Shown: piece by piece, positions 19,261-28,169 of the stretch
How positions within the stretch are numbered: the stretch's first letter is position 1
How the letters are laid out: each line of letters opens with the position of its first letter
Assembly: GCA_964467515.1 (NCBI GenBank)
Contig: CAYXQP010000001.1
Location: 1,509 to 65,508 of the forward strand
Source of the DNA: an uncultured Eubacteriales bacterium
Lineage (GTDB): Bacteria; Bacillota; Sulfobacillia; DYIH01; JBBIPI01
Reading direction: 5' to 3'
Length of the DNA stretch: 64,000 nucleotides
Program-made: the position numbers and the translations under genes
Notes under the pieces: model-generated
The model's database searches: none
Told to the model about the DNA's origin: nothing
What the model saw: only the letters and a program-made list of their open reading frames with translations

Positions 19261-20886
19261 TTGGACCAGGCCCGCGGCGAGCGGATCTACCTCTACGACA
19301 CCACCCTGCGCGACGGCGCGCAGCAGGCCGGCCTCGCCTTTTCGCTCAAGGACAAGCTGCGCATCCTGGAGCGGCTGGATGAGTTCGGCCTGGACTACGT
19401 GGAGGGCGGCTGGCCCGGCTCCAACCCCAAGGACCTGGAATTCTTCCGCCAGGCGCGCAAGCTCCGCCTGCGCACCCGCCTCGTGGCCTTCGGCGCCACG
19501 CGGCGCCCCGGCGCCACCGTCGGCCGCGACCGGCTCGTGCGGGCGCTGCTGGAGGCCGGCACGCCGGCCGTCACCGTGTTCGGCAAGAGCTGGGACCTGC
19601 ACGTGCAGCAGGCGCTGCAGACCACTCCCGCGGAGAACCTGGCCATGATCGAGGAAACCGTTTCCCACCTCAAGGCCCACGTGGCGGAGGTCATCTACGA
19701 CGCCGAGCACTTCTTCGACGGCTATCGCTCCAACCCCCGCTACGCCCTGGAAACCCTGCGGGCCGCGGTGCGCGGCGGGGCCGACTGGATCGTGCTCTGC
19801 GACACCAACGGCGGCGCCCTGCCCCACCAGGTGGCCGCGGCGGTGGCCGCCGTGCGCGCCGCCGTGGACTGCCGGCTGGGCATCCACACCCACAACGACG
19901 CCGGGGTGGCCGTGGCCAACGCCTTGGCGGCCGTTCTCGGGGGCGCCCGCCAGGTCCAGGGCACCATCAACGGCTACGGGGAGCGGTGCGGCAACGCCAA
20001 CCTGTGCACCATTATCCCCAACCTGCGGCTCAAGATGGGGCTCCAGTGCCTGCCGGGCACGGACCTGCGGGGGCTGACGGCTCTCTCCCACTTCGTGAGC
20101 GAGGTGGCCAACCGCACCCACGACCCCTCCTATCCCTACGTGGGCGCCAACGCCTTCGCTCACAAGGGGGGCGTCCACGTGAGCGCCGTGCTCCGGGACA
20201 GCCACACGTACGAGCACGTGGATCCGGAGGAGGTGGGCAACAGCCGGCGGGTGGTGGTCTCGGAGCTGGCGGGCCGATCCAACCTCCTGTGGCTGGCCAG
20301 GGAGAGAGAGGTTCACCTGGACAAGGACGACCCCGCCACGGCGGCCATCCTGGACCGGGTCAAGGAGCTGGAGTACCAGGGCTTCCAGTTCGAGGCGGCC
20401 GAGGCTTCCCTGGAGCTGCTGCTCCGCAAGGCGAGGGGCGCGTTCCCCCAATTCTTCACCCTGGAGGGCTTCCGCGTCCACGTGCACAAGCAGCCCGGCC
20501 AGCCGGCCGCCGCCGAGGCCACGGTCAAGGTGCGGGTGGGAGACCGCACCCTCCACACGGCGGCCGAGGGGGACGGCCCCGTCAACGCCCTGGACCGGGC
20601 TCTCCGTAAGGCCCTGGAGGGGGTCTACCCGGCCCTCCGCCGGATGCACCTGGTCGATTACAAGGTGCGCGTCCTGGATGAAAAGGAGGGCACGGGCAGC
20701 AAGGTGCGCGTCCTCATCGAGACGGCCGGCGAGGACGGGTCCTGGAGCACCATCGGCGTCTCGGAGAACATCATTGAGGCCAGCTGGCAGGCCCTGGTGG
20801 ACAGCATCGAGTACGGCCTCTGGCGGCACGAGGCGGCCCGGGCGCGCGAGGAACGGGCGCGGGCCGGCGCGGCCGCGGGCCAGTGA
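19261..20886 (+). CDS. cimA: (R)-citramalate synthase / 2-isopropylmalate synthase family, with a LeuA dimer domain
   Basis: 541 aa with a pyruvate carboxyltransferase domain (YLYDTTLRDGAQ...HTHNDAGVAVANALAAV) and a C-terminal LeuA-dimer domain. The TTG start follows GGGGGGAAGG. Confidence 0.8.
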   Translation: MDQARGERIYLYDTTLRDGAQQAGLAFSLKDKLRILERLDEFGLDYVEGGWPGSNPKDLEFFRQARKLRLRTRLVAFGATRRPGATVGRDRLVRALLEAGTPAVTVFGKSWDLHVQQALQTTPAENLAMIEETVSHLKAHVAEVIYDAEHFFDGYRSNPRYALETLRAAVRGGADWIVLCDTNGGALPHQVAAAVAAVRAAVDCRLGIHTHNDAGVAVANALAAVLGGARQVQGTINGYGERCGNANLCTIIPNLRLKMGLQCLPGTDLRGLTALSHFVSEVANRTHDPSYPYVGANAFAHKGGVHVSAVLRDSHTYEHVDPEEVGNSRRVVVSELAGRSNLLWLAREREVHLDKDDPATAAILDRVKELEYQGFQFEAAEASLELLLRKARGAFPQFFTLEGFRVHVHKQPGQPAAAEATVKVRVGDRTLHTAAEGDGPVNALDRALRKALEGVYPALRRMHLVDYKVRVLDEKEGTGSKVRVLIETAGEDGSWSTIGVSENIIEASWQALVDSIEYGLWRHEAARAREERARAGAAAGQ

Positions 20887-20892
20887 AAGCCC

Positions 20893-21174
20893 GTGGTGGT
20901 GGGAGCCTGCCGCCTGGTGCTCCACCTGCCCCAGGCCCGCACCCTCAAGGATAAGCGCTCCGTCGTCAAGAGCGCCCTGGACCAGCTCCACGGCCGCTTC
21001 CGGCTCGCCGTCGCCGAGGTGGGGTCCCTCGATGCGGTGCAGGTGGCCGAACTGGGACTGGCCGCCGTCGGCAGCCAGGAGAGGACGGTGCGCCAGGTCA
21101 TGGACGCCGCGGCGCGGTTCATCGAGGAGCGGTTCCCCGTGGAGCTGGGAAGCTGCGAGACCTTCTTTGCCTGA
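20893..21174 (+). CDS. DUF503 (YlxP-like) protein
   Basis: 93 aa; ...CRLVLHLPQARTLKDKRSVVKS... is typical of DUF503. Confidence 0.6.
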   Translation: MVVGACRLVLHLPQARTLKDKRSVVKSALDQLHGRFRLAVAEVGSLDAVQVAELGLAAVGSQERTVRQVMDAAARFIEERFPVELGSCETFFA

Positions 21175-21234
21175 GATATACCGCCGCCCGGAAGGGGCAC
21201 AGCCCAGGGGGACCCGCCGGGCGGCCGCCCCGCC

Positions 21235-21978
21235 TCATCTCAGGTAGCGCATGGGGTTGACGGCGCGACCGCCCACCCTCACCTCGAAGTGGACGTGGGG
21301 TCCCGTGCAGCGGCCGGAGCAACCCATCAGGGCTATCAGCTCGCCGCGCTCCACCCGCTGGCCGGCGGAGACGAGGACCCGCGAGTTGTGCCCGTAGAGG
21401 GTCTCGCTGCCGTCCCCGTGGCGGATGACGACGACGCGCCCGTAACCGTAGTACCAGGCGGCCAAGGTGACGACACCCGGGGCCACGGCCCTCACCTCGC
21501 TGCCGTAGCGCCCGGCTATGTCCACCCCCCGGTGGAACTCCCCCCGCCGCCAGCCGTAACGGGACGATATGTAGCCCCGCGCCGGCCAGGGCACGGATCC
21601 CCCCAGGTCCGCCCGCGGCAGGGCACCGGCCGCGTCGACGCCGACCGCCGCCCGCGGACGCCCGCCGGCCGGCTGACGCCTGGCGGGCCTCGCCTCCTCG
21701 GGAGCCGGCACCTCCTCCGGGGAGAGAAACTGAGTCTCCTCGGGCGGGACGATGATGGCGTCGGCGTCGGGCAGAGGCTCCTCCTCTGGCTCGCCGGTGA
21801 GGCCGGGAGCCTCGGCGGCCGCGGCCGGGACGGCCGGAAGGGCAGCCAGGGACGCGCGCGCCAGGGGCCGCTCCGCCAGGAAGGAGAGTTGCTTCGGGAG
21901 AAAGGGGGCATCGTGGAACAGGACCGATACCATGAAGATCAACGATAGCCAGCGGCGGGGGCTCAGCCTGCCAGGCAA
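21235..21978 (-). CDS. M23 family metallopeptidase (LytM-type peptidoglycan endopeptidase)
   Basis: 247 aa with an N-terminal transmembrane segment, a low-complexity linker, and a C-terminal M23 catalytic core (HRGVDIAGRYGSEVRAVAPGVV...YGHNSRV...HVHFEV). Confidence 0.8.
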   Translation of the reverse strand: MPGRLSPRRWLSLIFMVSVLFHDAPFLPKQLSFLAERPLARASLAALPAVPAAAAEAPGLTGEPEEEPLPDADAIIVPPEETQFLSPEEVPAPEEARPARRQPAGGRPRAAVGVDAAGALPRADLGGSVPWPARGYISSRYGWRRGEFHRGVDIAGRYGSEVRAVAPGVVTLAAWYYGYGRVVVIRHGDGSETLYGHNSRVLVSAGQRVERGELIALMGCSGRCTGPHVHFEVRVGGRAVNPMRYLR

Positions 21979-22142
21979 GGAGCCACACTCCTTCTGGAAG
22001 CCTCCGGGGTTAGCTGACGGGTTCGGCAGAGAAGGTGAGCCTACCGCCTGGCGGCGGATTCACCCCACAACCTGGGTCCCCCGTACCCGCGGGTGATGGC
22101 CCACGGGATTCGGCTCTTTTTTTGGTGGGCCTGCCGGCCGTT

Positions 22143-22204
22143 TGTGGTCACACTCAGCTTGTGACCACGTTCACGAACCTACCCCAAACCGGACAGGCTG
22201 TCAA
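22143..22204 (-). promoter_or_regulatory. Sigma-A-like promoter (TTGACA, 17 nt, TAGGTT) with a 9-bp inverted-repeat operator directed toward the M23 peptidase gene
   Basis: The minus strand reads TTGACA-gcctgtccggtttgggg-TAGGTT-cgtgaac-GTGGTCACA-agctgag-TGTGACCAC. The -35 is at 22199..22204, the -10 at 22176..22181, and the inverted repeat at 22143..22168. A Spo0A-box-like TTGTCGAG lies about 25 nt upstream of the -35. Confidence 0.35.
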
Positions 22205-22299
22205 GACCAACTTTCCCTCCCGCTCGACAACTTGTGTAGCCATCCTCCCACGCGCTCCGCCGGGAGGCGCGGGAGAGGCTTTCCCGCGCGCCAACACCA

Positions 22300-22324
22300 G
22301 GGGCGCAACCCCGGGTTGCGCCCC
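22300..22324 (-). terminator. GC-rich hairpin (11-bp stem GGGGCGCAACC/GGTTGCGCCCC) about 30 nt downstream of the sod stop; candidate intrinsic terminator
   Basis: A perfect 11-bp stem with a CCG loop, followed on the minus strand by UGGUGUUGG. It has no clean U-tract, which is common in high-GC genomes. Confidence 0.4.
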
Positions 22325-22354
22325 GGCAGTGGCGGAGCGTAGGGAGATGCCCCC

Positions 22355-22936
22355 TCAGCCGCGGGCCGCCAGCTGGCCCCGGTGGGCGAGCAGGTTTAGC
22401 CTCTTCACGCGGGCGTTGACCGTTTCCCAGTTCACGTTCTTCATGAAGCTCTCGATGTAGGCCTTGCGCGCCGTGCCGTAGTCGAGGAAGTAGGCGTGCT
22501 CGTAGACGTCCAGGATGAGGAGCGGCGACGCGTCCCACACCCCGTCCGAGTGGATATCCGACAGGTAGTTGTGGAGCCTGTGATCGGTCCAGTCGAAGGC
22601 CAGCACCACCCAGCCCCGCGCCGCTATGCCCAGCCCCTTGAACTCCTGCTCCCAGGCCTCATAGGAGCCGAAGTCCTCCTCGATGAGCCGGGCGATCTCG
22701 CCCTGGGGCCTGCCACCGCCGCCGCCCAGGTTTTCGAAGTAGGCCTCGTGCAGGCGGATGGCGTTGGTGGCGAAGACCTCCTCCCGCTTGAGCTCCCGGA
22801 TGAGACTGTAGGTGGCGTTGGCCTCCCCGGGGTTGGCCGTCTCCAGCTTGCTCTCGATCTCGTTGAGCTTGTTGACGTAACCCTTGTACAGAACGTCGTG
22901 GTGCTCGTCGATCTGCCTCTGGGTGAAACCCTCCAT
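22355..22936 (-). CDS. sodA: Fe/Mn-family superoxide dismutase (divergent or short N-terminus)
   Basis: ...QIDEHHDVLYKGYVNKL... corresponds to the HHxKHH region, and the C-terminal DVYEHAYFLDY is the Fe/Mn SOD metal-ligand motif. The ATG at 22936 is the likely start; the ORF extends in frame to 22972. Confidence 0.8.
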   Translation of the reverse strand: MEGFTQRQIDEHHDVLYKGYVNKLNEIESKLETANPGEANATYSLIRELKREEVFATNAIRLHEAYFENLGGGGGRPQGEIARLIEEDFGSYEAWEQEFKGLGIAARGWVVLAFDWTDHRLHNYLSDIHSDGVWDASPLLILDVYEHAYFLDYGTARKAYIESFMKNVNWETVNARVKRLNLLAHRGQLAARG

Positions 22937-23146
22937 GGCTCCCGGCTTGACCTCTCTTGCCTGCCTGGGCAACCCCCATCCCCCCTCCTCTTCCCGGCGG
23001 CCGTCCCGCCGCCTCGCGTCGGCGGGATTGTAGCATCCGCCGGCCGGCTAGTAAAGCTCTGACTTTCTAAACGATGCGGCCGCAAAAGGGCCGGTCCCGT
23101 CGCTCCCCTTGCCCGCCCGCCGGTGCCGGCACGGCGGCATGGCGGT

Positions 23147-24286
23147 CTAATAGCGCAACAGAGCGGCCACCTCGGGGACCTCGGCCGCCTGCTCCTCCCC
23201 GCGGGTGAAGGCTATCTCGGCCCCCTGCTCGCAGGCGGCGTCCACCAGGTACTGGGTCGCCTCCCGGGCCTGCCCCCTCGTCCCGCCCAGGCACCTGAGG
23301 CAGCGCCACGGCTCCCCCTCCGGCGTCACGAAGCCGCAGGCGCACTCGTAACCGCGGAGCCTGACGCCCGTGCGCAGGATCAACTGGCGCACGGCGCCGC
23401 GTTGGAGGGCCGCGCTCACGTCGTGAGGGCCCAGGGCGGCCTGCCCGCGGGCCGCCAGCTCCGCCGCCTGCCGCATCAACGCGGCTCCCCTCTCCTGGCG
23501 GTGCCGTGCCACCAGGTCCAGCACGATGGCCTCCATCTCGGCCGCGGACACGTCGGCGGCCGCGTCCACCTCGCCCAAAAGGCGCCTGGCCCAGTCCTGG
23601 GGCAGGGCCTGGCGGGCGAGGCTCCGCACCTCCGCCGGGCCGGCCAGGACGAGCCACTCGGCGGCGGCTCCGCCGGCCACGTCGGCCAGGGCCCCCACCG
23701 CCTGGCGCACATGGCGCCCCAGATGGTCCAGGATGTGGCGGTCTATCCGGCGCTCCTCCAGGTTGGCCCAGCCCCCTTCCCGCACGTTTTGCGGCACCTC
23801 GTTGCAGAAGCCGCCTCTCTCCACGAGGGCGCCGTCGTGGAGGTGGAGGAAGCGCGCCGTCTGGCGACCCACCGCCAGCACGAGGCCCGGCGGCAGCAAC
23901 CAGGACCGCTCCAGGAGGGGAAGCCGGTACGTGACGCGGTCGGCCACCGCCAGGGGCCGCACGTGGCCGTCCACGGGTAGGACCGACCAGAACCCGTCCG
24001 CCGCGCACGAGAAGAAGGCGGCTCCCTTGGCCGCAAAACCGCGCTGCGTCCGCAGCCAAGCGCCCATCCTCTCCACGTCCTCCCGCAGGGACTGGCGCGC
24101 CCGCCGCGGCAGCGACCCGCCGACCAGCGCCACCTCCTGGCCCAGGGTCCGGAACACGTTGAGATAACCGCGCGCCTGGTCACGGGCCCGATCCAGCGGC
24201 AGGTAGAGGCTCGTCACCAGCAATCCCTCGGGGGCACGGTACCGCTCCAGGGCCTCGAACTCCCCCATCTCCGCCACCACGGCCAT
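23147..24286 (-). CDS. eRF1/Dom34(Pelota)-like protein with a C-terminal Cys4 zinc ribbon (baeRF-type release-factor homologue); function unknown
   Basis: About 380 aa. The N-terminal ...GLLVTSLYLPLD... matches the first strand of the eRF1/Pelota N-domain, followed by a central domain and a C-terminal CACGFVTPEGEPWRCLRCLGG. The ATG at 24286 or 24268 is the likely start. Confidence 0.5.
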   Translation of the reverse strand: MAVVAEMGEFEALERYRAPEGLLVTSLYLPLDRARDQARGYLNVFRTLGQEVALVGGSLPRRARQSLREDVERMGAWLRTQRGFAAKGAAFFSCAADGFWSVLPVDGHVRPLAVADRVTYRLPLLERSWLLPPGLVLAVGRQTARFLHLHDGALVERGGFCNEVPQNVREGGWANLEERRIDRHILDHLGRHVRQAVGALADVAGGAAAEWLVLAGPAEVRSLARQALPQDWARRLLGEVDAAADVSAAEMEAIVLDLVARHRQERGAALMRQAAELAARGQAALGPHDVSAALQRGAVRQLILRTGVRLRGYECACGFVTPEGEPWRCLRCLGGTRGQAREATQYLVDAACEQGAEIAFTRGEEQAAEVPEVAALLRY

Positions 24287-24528
24287 CCCCCCTGCCCACC
24301 CTCCGCCGGCACGCAAGCGTACGCTGCCGAACCGCCACCCTTTCCGCCGGGAAAACATTCTCCCCCCGCGGACCGGTTTCCTCCCACCGGCCGGTCGGTT
24401 TCACCGCAGGGGGAAGGCGGTTGTCTCGCGCAGGCCGCGGGTCACCGGTCCTCGGTCCAAGTCCTGGCCGGGAAGGCCCCGCCGACCTGCGCTAAAATGG
24501 GCTGGACCGCCGGAGGAAGGAGGCCGCC

Positions 24529-27075
24529 GTGCCGTCTTTTCGCTCCCTGCTCGGCAAGCGGGTCCTGGTTTGGGACGGCGCCATGGGGACCATGCTCCAG
24601 GCGGCCGGCCTGCCCGCCGGCGGGTGCCCCGAGATCTGGAACCTGGAACGTCCCGACGCCGTCGCGGCCGTGCATCGCGCTTACGTGGAGGCCGGCGCCC
24701 TCATCCTGGAGACCAACACCTTCGGCGGCAACCGGATCAAGCTGGCTCACTACCGCCTGGCCCACCGCGTGCAGGAGATCAACGGCCGCGCCGTGGCCTT
24801 GGCCAGGGAGGCGGCGGGCGACAGGGCCCTGGTGGCGGCCTCCCTGGGCCCCACCGGCCTCTTCGTGGCCCCGCTGGGCGAGATGAGCTTCGAGGAGGCC
24901 TACGACGTCTTCGCCGAACAGGCGGCCGCCTGCGCCGCGGCCGGGGCCGATCTCTTCATCGTGGAGACCATGGCCGACCTGGGCGAGGCCAGGGCCGCCG
25001 TCCTGGCGGCTAGGGCGACCGGACTGCCGGTGGTGGCCCAGCTCACCTTCGCCGAGGGCGGGCGCACCTTCACCGGCACCGATCCCGAGACGGCGGTGCT
25101 GGTCCTCTCCTCGGCCGGGGCCGAAGTGGTGGGGGCCAACTGCTCCGTGGGCCCGGCCGAACTGGTGCAGGTGGTGCGGGCCATGGCGGCGGTGGGGCGG
25201 GTCCCCGTCAGCGTCCAGCCCAACGCCGGCCTGCCCCGGCTGGTGGGCGGCACGGAGACGGTCTTTCCCCTGGGACCGGAGGAGTTCGGCGCCTGGGGAC
25301 CGCGGCTGGTGGAGGCGGGCGCCAGCCTCGTGGGCGGCTGCTGCGGCACCGGACCCGAGCACATCCGCCGGCTGGCGCAGGCCGTCGCCGGCCTGACGCC
25401 TCCCTGGCCGGGCGCGCGGCACCCCGCGCTCACGGGTCTGGCCTCGCGCACCGGCACCTTCTGGTTTCGGGACGAACACCTCCCCCTCGTCATCGGCGAG
25501 CGCATCAACCCGACGGGCCGCAAGAAGCTCCAGGAGGACGTGGCCGAGGGGCGCTTCCTCCTGGTCCGTGAGGAAGCCCGCCGGCAGGCGGCGGCGGGCG
25601 CCCAGGCCCTGGACGTCAACGTGGGAGTGCCCGGCGTGGACGAGGCGGCCGCCATGCGCCGGGCCGTCCTGGCGGTGCAGGAGGCGGCCACCCTCCCCCT
25701 GTGCGTGGATTCCTCGACGCCGGCGGCCCTGGAGGCAGGACTGGCGGCCACCGTGGGGAAACCCCTGGTCAACTCGGCCTCGGGCGAGGCGGGCCGCCTC
25801 GAGGCGGTGCTGCCCCTGGCCCGTCGCTTCGGGGCCGCCCTCATCTTCCTGGCCCTGGACGACGACGGCATCCCCGCCACCGCCGCCGGGCGCCTGGCCG
25901 TGGCGGAGCGCCTGGTGCGGGCGGCGGAGGAGGCCGGGTTCCCCCGGGAGGACGTCTTCCTGGACTGCCTGGCCATGGCCGTGGGGGCCGACCAAGCCTC
26001 GGCCCTGGAGACCCTGCGGACCATCGGCCTGGTGAGGGAGCGGCTGGGCGTCCGCACCGTCCTCGGGCTCAGCAACATCTCCTTCGGCATGCCCAACCGG
26101 CCTCTCCTCAACGCCACCTTCCTGGCCATGGCCCTGGCCGCCGGGCTGGACGCCGTCATCATGAACCCCCTCGACCAGGCGGCCATGGACACGGTGCGGG
26201 CGGCGCGGGTCCTCCTGCGGCGGGACGCCGACGCGCGCCAGTACGTGGCGGTCATGGCGGCCCGCCCCGAGACGCCCCCGGCCGCGGCTCGGGTGGAGGC
26301 CGCGGCCGCGGAGCCGACCGCCGCGGCACCGGTCGAGGACCGGCCCCCGGCGGTTACCACCGCCGCGGGGGAGCCGGCCGAGGAGCGGCCCCCCGCGGGG
26401 GCGGAGCGGGATCCCCTCGACCAGGCCCTCTACCGGGCCGTCCTGGAGGGCAACCCGCAGGGCATCGTGCCCTTGGTGGAACAAGCCCTGGCCGCCGGCC
26501 GGGACCCCCTGGCCATGCTGAACGGCGTCCTCATCCCGGCCATCGAGGAGGTGGGCCGGCTCTTCGGCCAGGGCATCTACTTCCTGCCCCAGCTCATCCT
26601 CTCGGCCAACGCCATGAAGGCCGCCTTCGAGCGGCTCAAGCCCGAGCTGGCCCGGCGCCAGGCCGCCGAGCCGCTGGCCACCATCGTCCTAGCCACGGTG
26701 GAGGGGGACATCCACGACATCGGCAAGAACATCTGCGCCGTCCTCCTGGAGAACCACGGCTTCCGCGTGGTGGACCTGGGCCGGGACGTCCCCGCGGAGC
26801 GCATCCTGGAGGCCGCGCGCCGCGAGGGGGCGGACATCGTAGGCCTCTCCGCCCTCATGACCACCACCATGCCCCGCATGAAGGAGGTGGTGGATCTCTT
26901 CCGGCGCGAGGGGCTGGCCATCCCCGTCATCATCGGGGGTGCCGCCACCGACAAGGCCTTCGCCGAGGAGATCGGCGCCGCCGGCCACGGCGCCGACGCC
27001 GCCGAGGCGGTCCAGGTGGCGCGGCGCCTCCTCGGCCTCGTCTTTCCCGAGACCCGGACCGTGACCCCCTCCTAG
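24529..27075 (+). CDS. metH: Cobalamin-dependent methionine synthase MetH lacking the C-terminal AdoMet reactivation domain
   Basis: 848 aa made of a homocysteine S-methyltransferase domain, a pterin-binding domain, and a B12 cap plus B12-binding domain (DIHDIGKNI...GLSALMTTT). The GTG start follows GGAGGAAGGAGG. Confidence 0.9.
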   Translation: MPSFRSLLGKRVLVWDGAMGTMLQAAGLPAGGCPEIWNLERPDAVAAVHRAYVEAGALILETNTFGGNRIKLAHYRLAHRVQEINGRAVALAREAAGDRALVAASLGPTGLFVAPLGEMSFEEAYDVFAEQAAACAAAGADLFIVETMADLGEARAAVLAARATGLPVVAQLTFAEGGRTFTGTDPETAVLVLSSAGAEVVGANCSVGPAELVQVVRAMAAVGRVPVSVQPNAGLPRLVGGTETVFPLGPEEFGAWGPRLVEAGASLVGGCCGTGPEHIRRLAQAVAGLTPPWPGARHPALTGLASRTGTFWFRDEHLPLVIGERINPTGRKKLQEDVAEGRFLLVREEARRQAAAGAQALDVNVGVPGVDEAAAMRRAVLAVQEAATLPLCVDSSTPAALEAGLAATVGKPLVNSASGEAGRLEAVLPLARRFGAALIFLALDDDGIPATAAGRLAVAERLVRAAEEAGFPREDVFLDCLAMAVGADQASALETLRTIGLVRERLGVRTVLGLSNISFGMPNRPLLNATFLAMALAAGLDAVIMNPLDQAAMDTVRAARVLLRRDADARQYVAVMAARPETPPAAARVEAAAAEPTAAAPVEDRPPAVTTAAGEPAEERPPAGAERDPLDQALYRAVLEGNPQGIVPLVEQALAAGRDPLAMLNGVLIPAIEEVGRLFGQGIYFLPQLILSANAMKAAFERLKPELARRQAAEPLATIVLATVEGDIHDIGKNICAVLLENHGFRVVDLGRDVPAERILEAARREGADIVGLSALMTTTMPRMKEVVDLFRREGLAIPVIIGGAATDKAFAEEIGAAGHGADAAEAVQVARRLLGLVFPETRTVTPS

Positions 27076-28169
27076 CGGCCAGGCCCGCCCGGCGGCGTCG
27101 CCCCTGTTGACGGCCCAGGCCCGGGACTTCGGCGCCGCCGAGCAGGGAAGCCCTCGGCCAGGAGCTGCCGGAGGACGAAGCCGAGATTGGCCGGCCGCTC
27201 GGCCAGGCGGCGCAGGAAGTACCGGTACCACTCCCGGCCGCAGGGGACGTAGAGGCGGACGGGATGGCCACTCTCCCGGAGACGTTCCTGCAGGTCCCGC
27301 CGGACACCGTAGAGCATCTGGATCTCCCAGCGTGCCGGCGGGATGCCCGCCTCCCGGGTCCAGGCCACCAGCCCGGCGAGGAGCCGCTCGTCGTGGGTGG
27401 CGATAGCGGCGAAGTGGCCCGCCTCCAGGTGGCGCCGGACGAGGCGCGCGAAGTTGGCGTCCACGTCGGCCTTGCGCGGGAAGGCCCGGTCGGGCGGCTC
27501 GCTGTAGGCGCCCTTGCAGAACCTCACGTTGAGGAGGCCATGCCCGGCGGGCGCCGCACTCCCGCCGGGCGACGGCGCCGACGGAGCGGCGCGGCCGGGG
27601 GCGGGCGGCCCACCGCCGGGCAGGTCGGCGGCGAAGCGGTGCAGGCGCGCCAAGTCGGCTTCCGTGCGGTAGAGGTAGGCCTGGAGCACCACCCCCACGG
27701 CGGGCGTCTCCCGCCGCACCGCCTCGAAGAGGCGCAGGGTGCCCTCGGTGTAGCGGGAGTCCTCCATGTCGAGGCGCACGAAGGTTCCCTGGCGCTCGGC
27801 CCGGAGAGCCAGGTCCAGGACCTGGTCCCGGCAGAGCCCCTCGTCCACCTCGAGGCCCAGCTGGGTCGGCTTGACCGAGACGTGGCTGGCGAGCCCGGCC
27901 TCCCCCAGGCGCGAGAGGGCGGCGACGTAGGCGGCGTGGGCCTGCCGGGCGGCCGCCGCGTCTCCCACCGCCTCCCCCAGGATGTCGAGGGTCACGAGGA
28001 AGCCGCGGCGCTCCAGGTCGGCCACCACCCGGAGACCCTCCTCTAGGGTCTCCCCGGCCACGAAGCGCCGCGCGCCCAGGGCGAACCCGTGGCGGCGCAC
28101 CAGGTCCGCCACCGCCGGCGCCTCGCCCGCCGCCAGGATGGCCCGGCGCGCATGCAGCCAGATTGACAA
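27072..28169 (-). CDS. Proline dehydrogenase family protein
   Basis: 365 aa PRODH fold (...FVRLDMEDSRYTEGTL...LNVRFCKGAY...). The TTG start at 28169 follows GGGGTGGG. The 3' end overlaps the metH stop by 4 nt (convergent). Confidence 0.8.
   Translation of the reverse strand: MSIWLHARRAILAAGEAPAVADLVRRHGFALGARRFVAGETLEEGLRVVADLERRGFLVTLDILGEAVGDAAAARQAHAAYVAALSRLGEAGLASHVSVKPTQLGLEVDEGLCRDQVLDLALRAERQGTFVRLDMEDSRYTEGTLRLFEAVRRETPAVGVVLQAYLYRTEADLARLHRFAADLPGGGPPAPGRAAPSAPSPGGSAAPAGHGLLNVRFCKGAYSEPPDRAFPRKADVDANFARLVRRHLEAGHFAAIATHDERLLAGLVAWTREAGIPPARWEIQMLYGVRRDLQERLRESGHPVRLYVPCGREWYRYFLRRLAERPANLGFVLRQLLAEGFPARRRRSPGPGPSTGATPPGGPGR

Noticed and set aside
21985-22140. Possible tRNA or small RNA in the sod-to-M23 intergenic gap, which contains an A7/T7 tract and short inverted repeats GGCCCAC/GTGGGCC.
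   Set aside because: I could not fold it into a cloverleaf with acceptor and anticodon arms. There is no conserved RNA family motif. It more likely belongs to the promoter/leader described above.
24359-24528. Possible SAM (S-box) riboswitch in the 170-nt leader of metH.
   Set aside because: Searching by eye found no S-box core (GAGGGA...GGCCC...GCAACC). I saw only a TAAAAT -10-like element and the GGAGGAAGGAGG SD, so I make no riboswitch claim.
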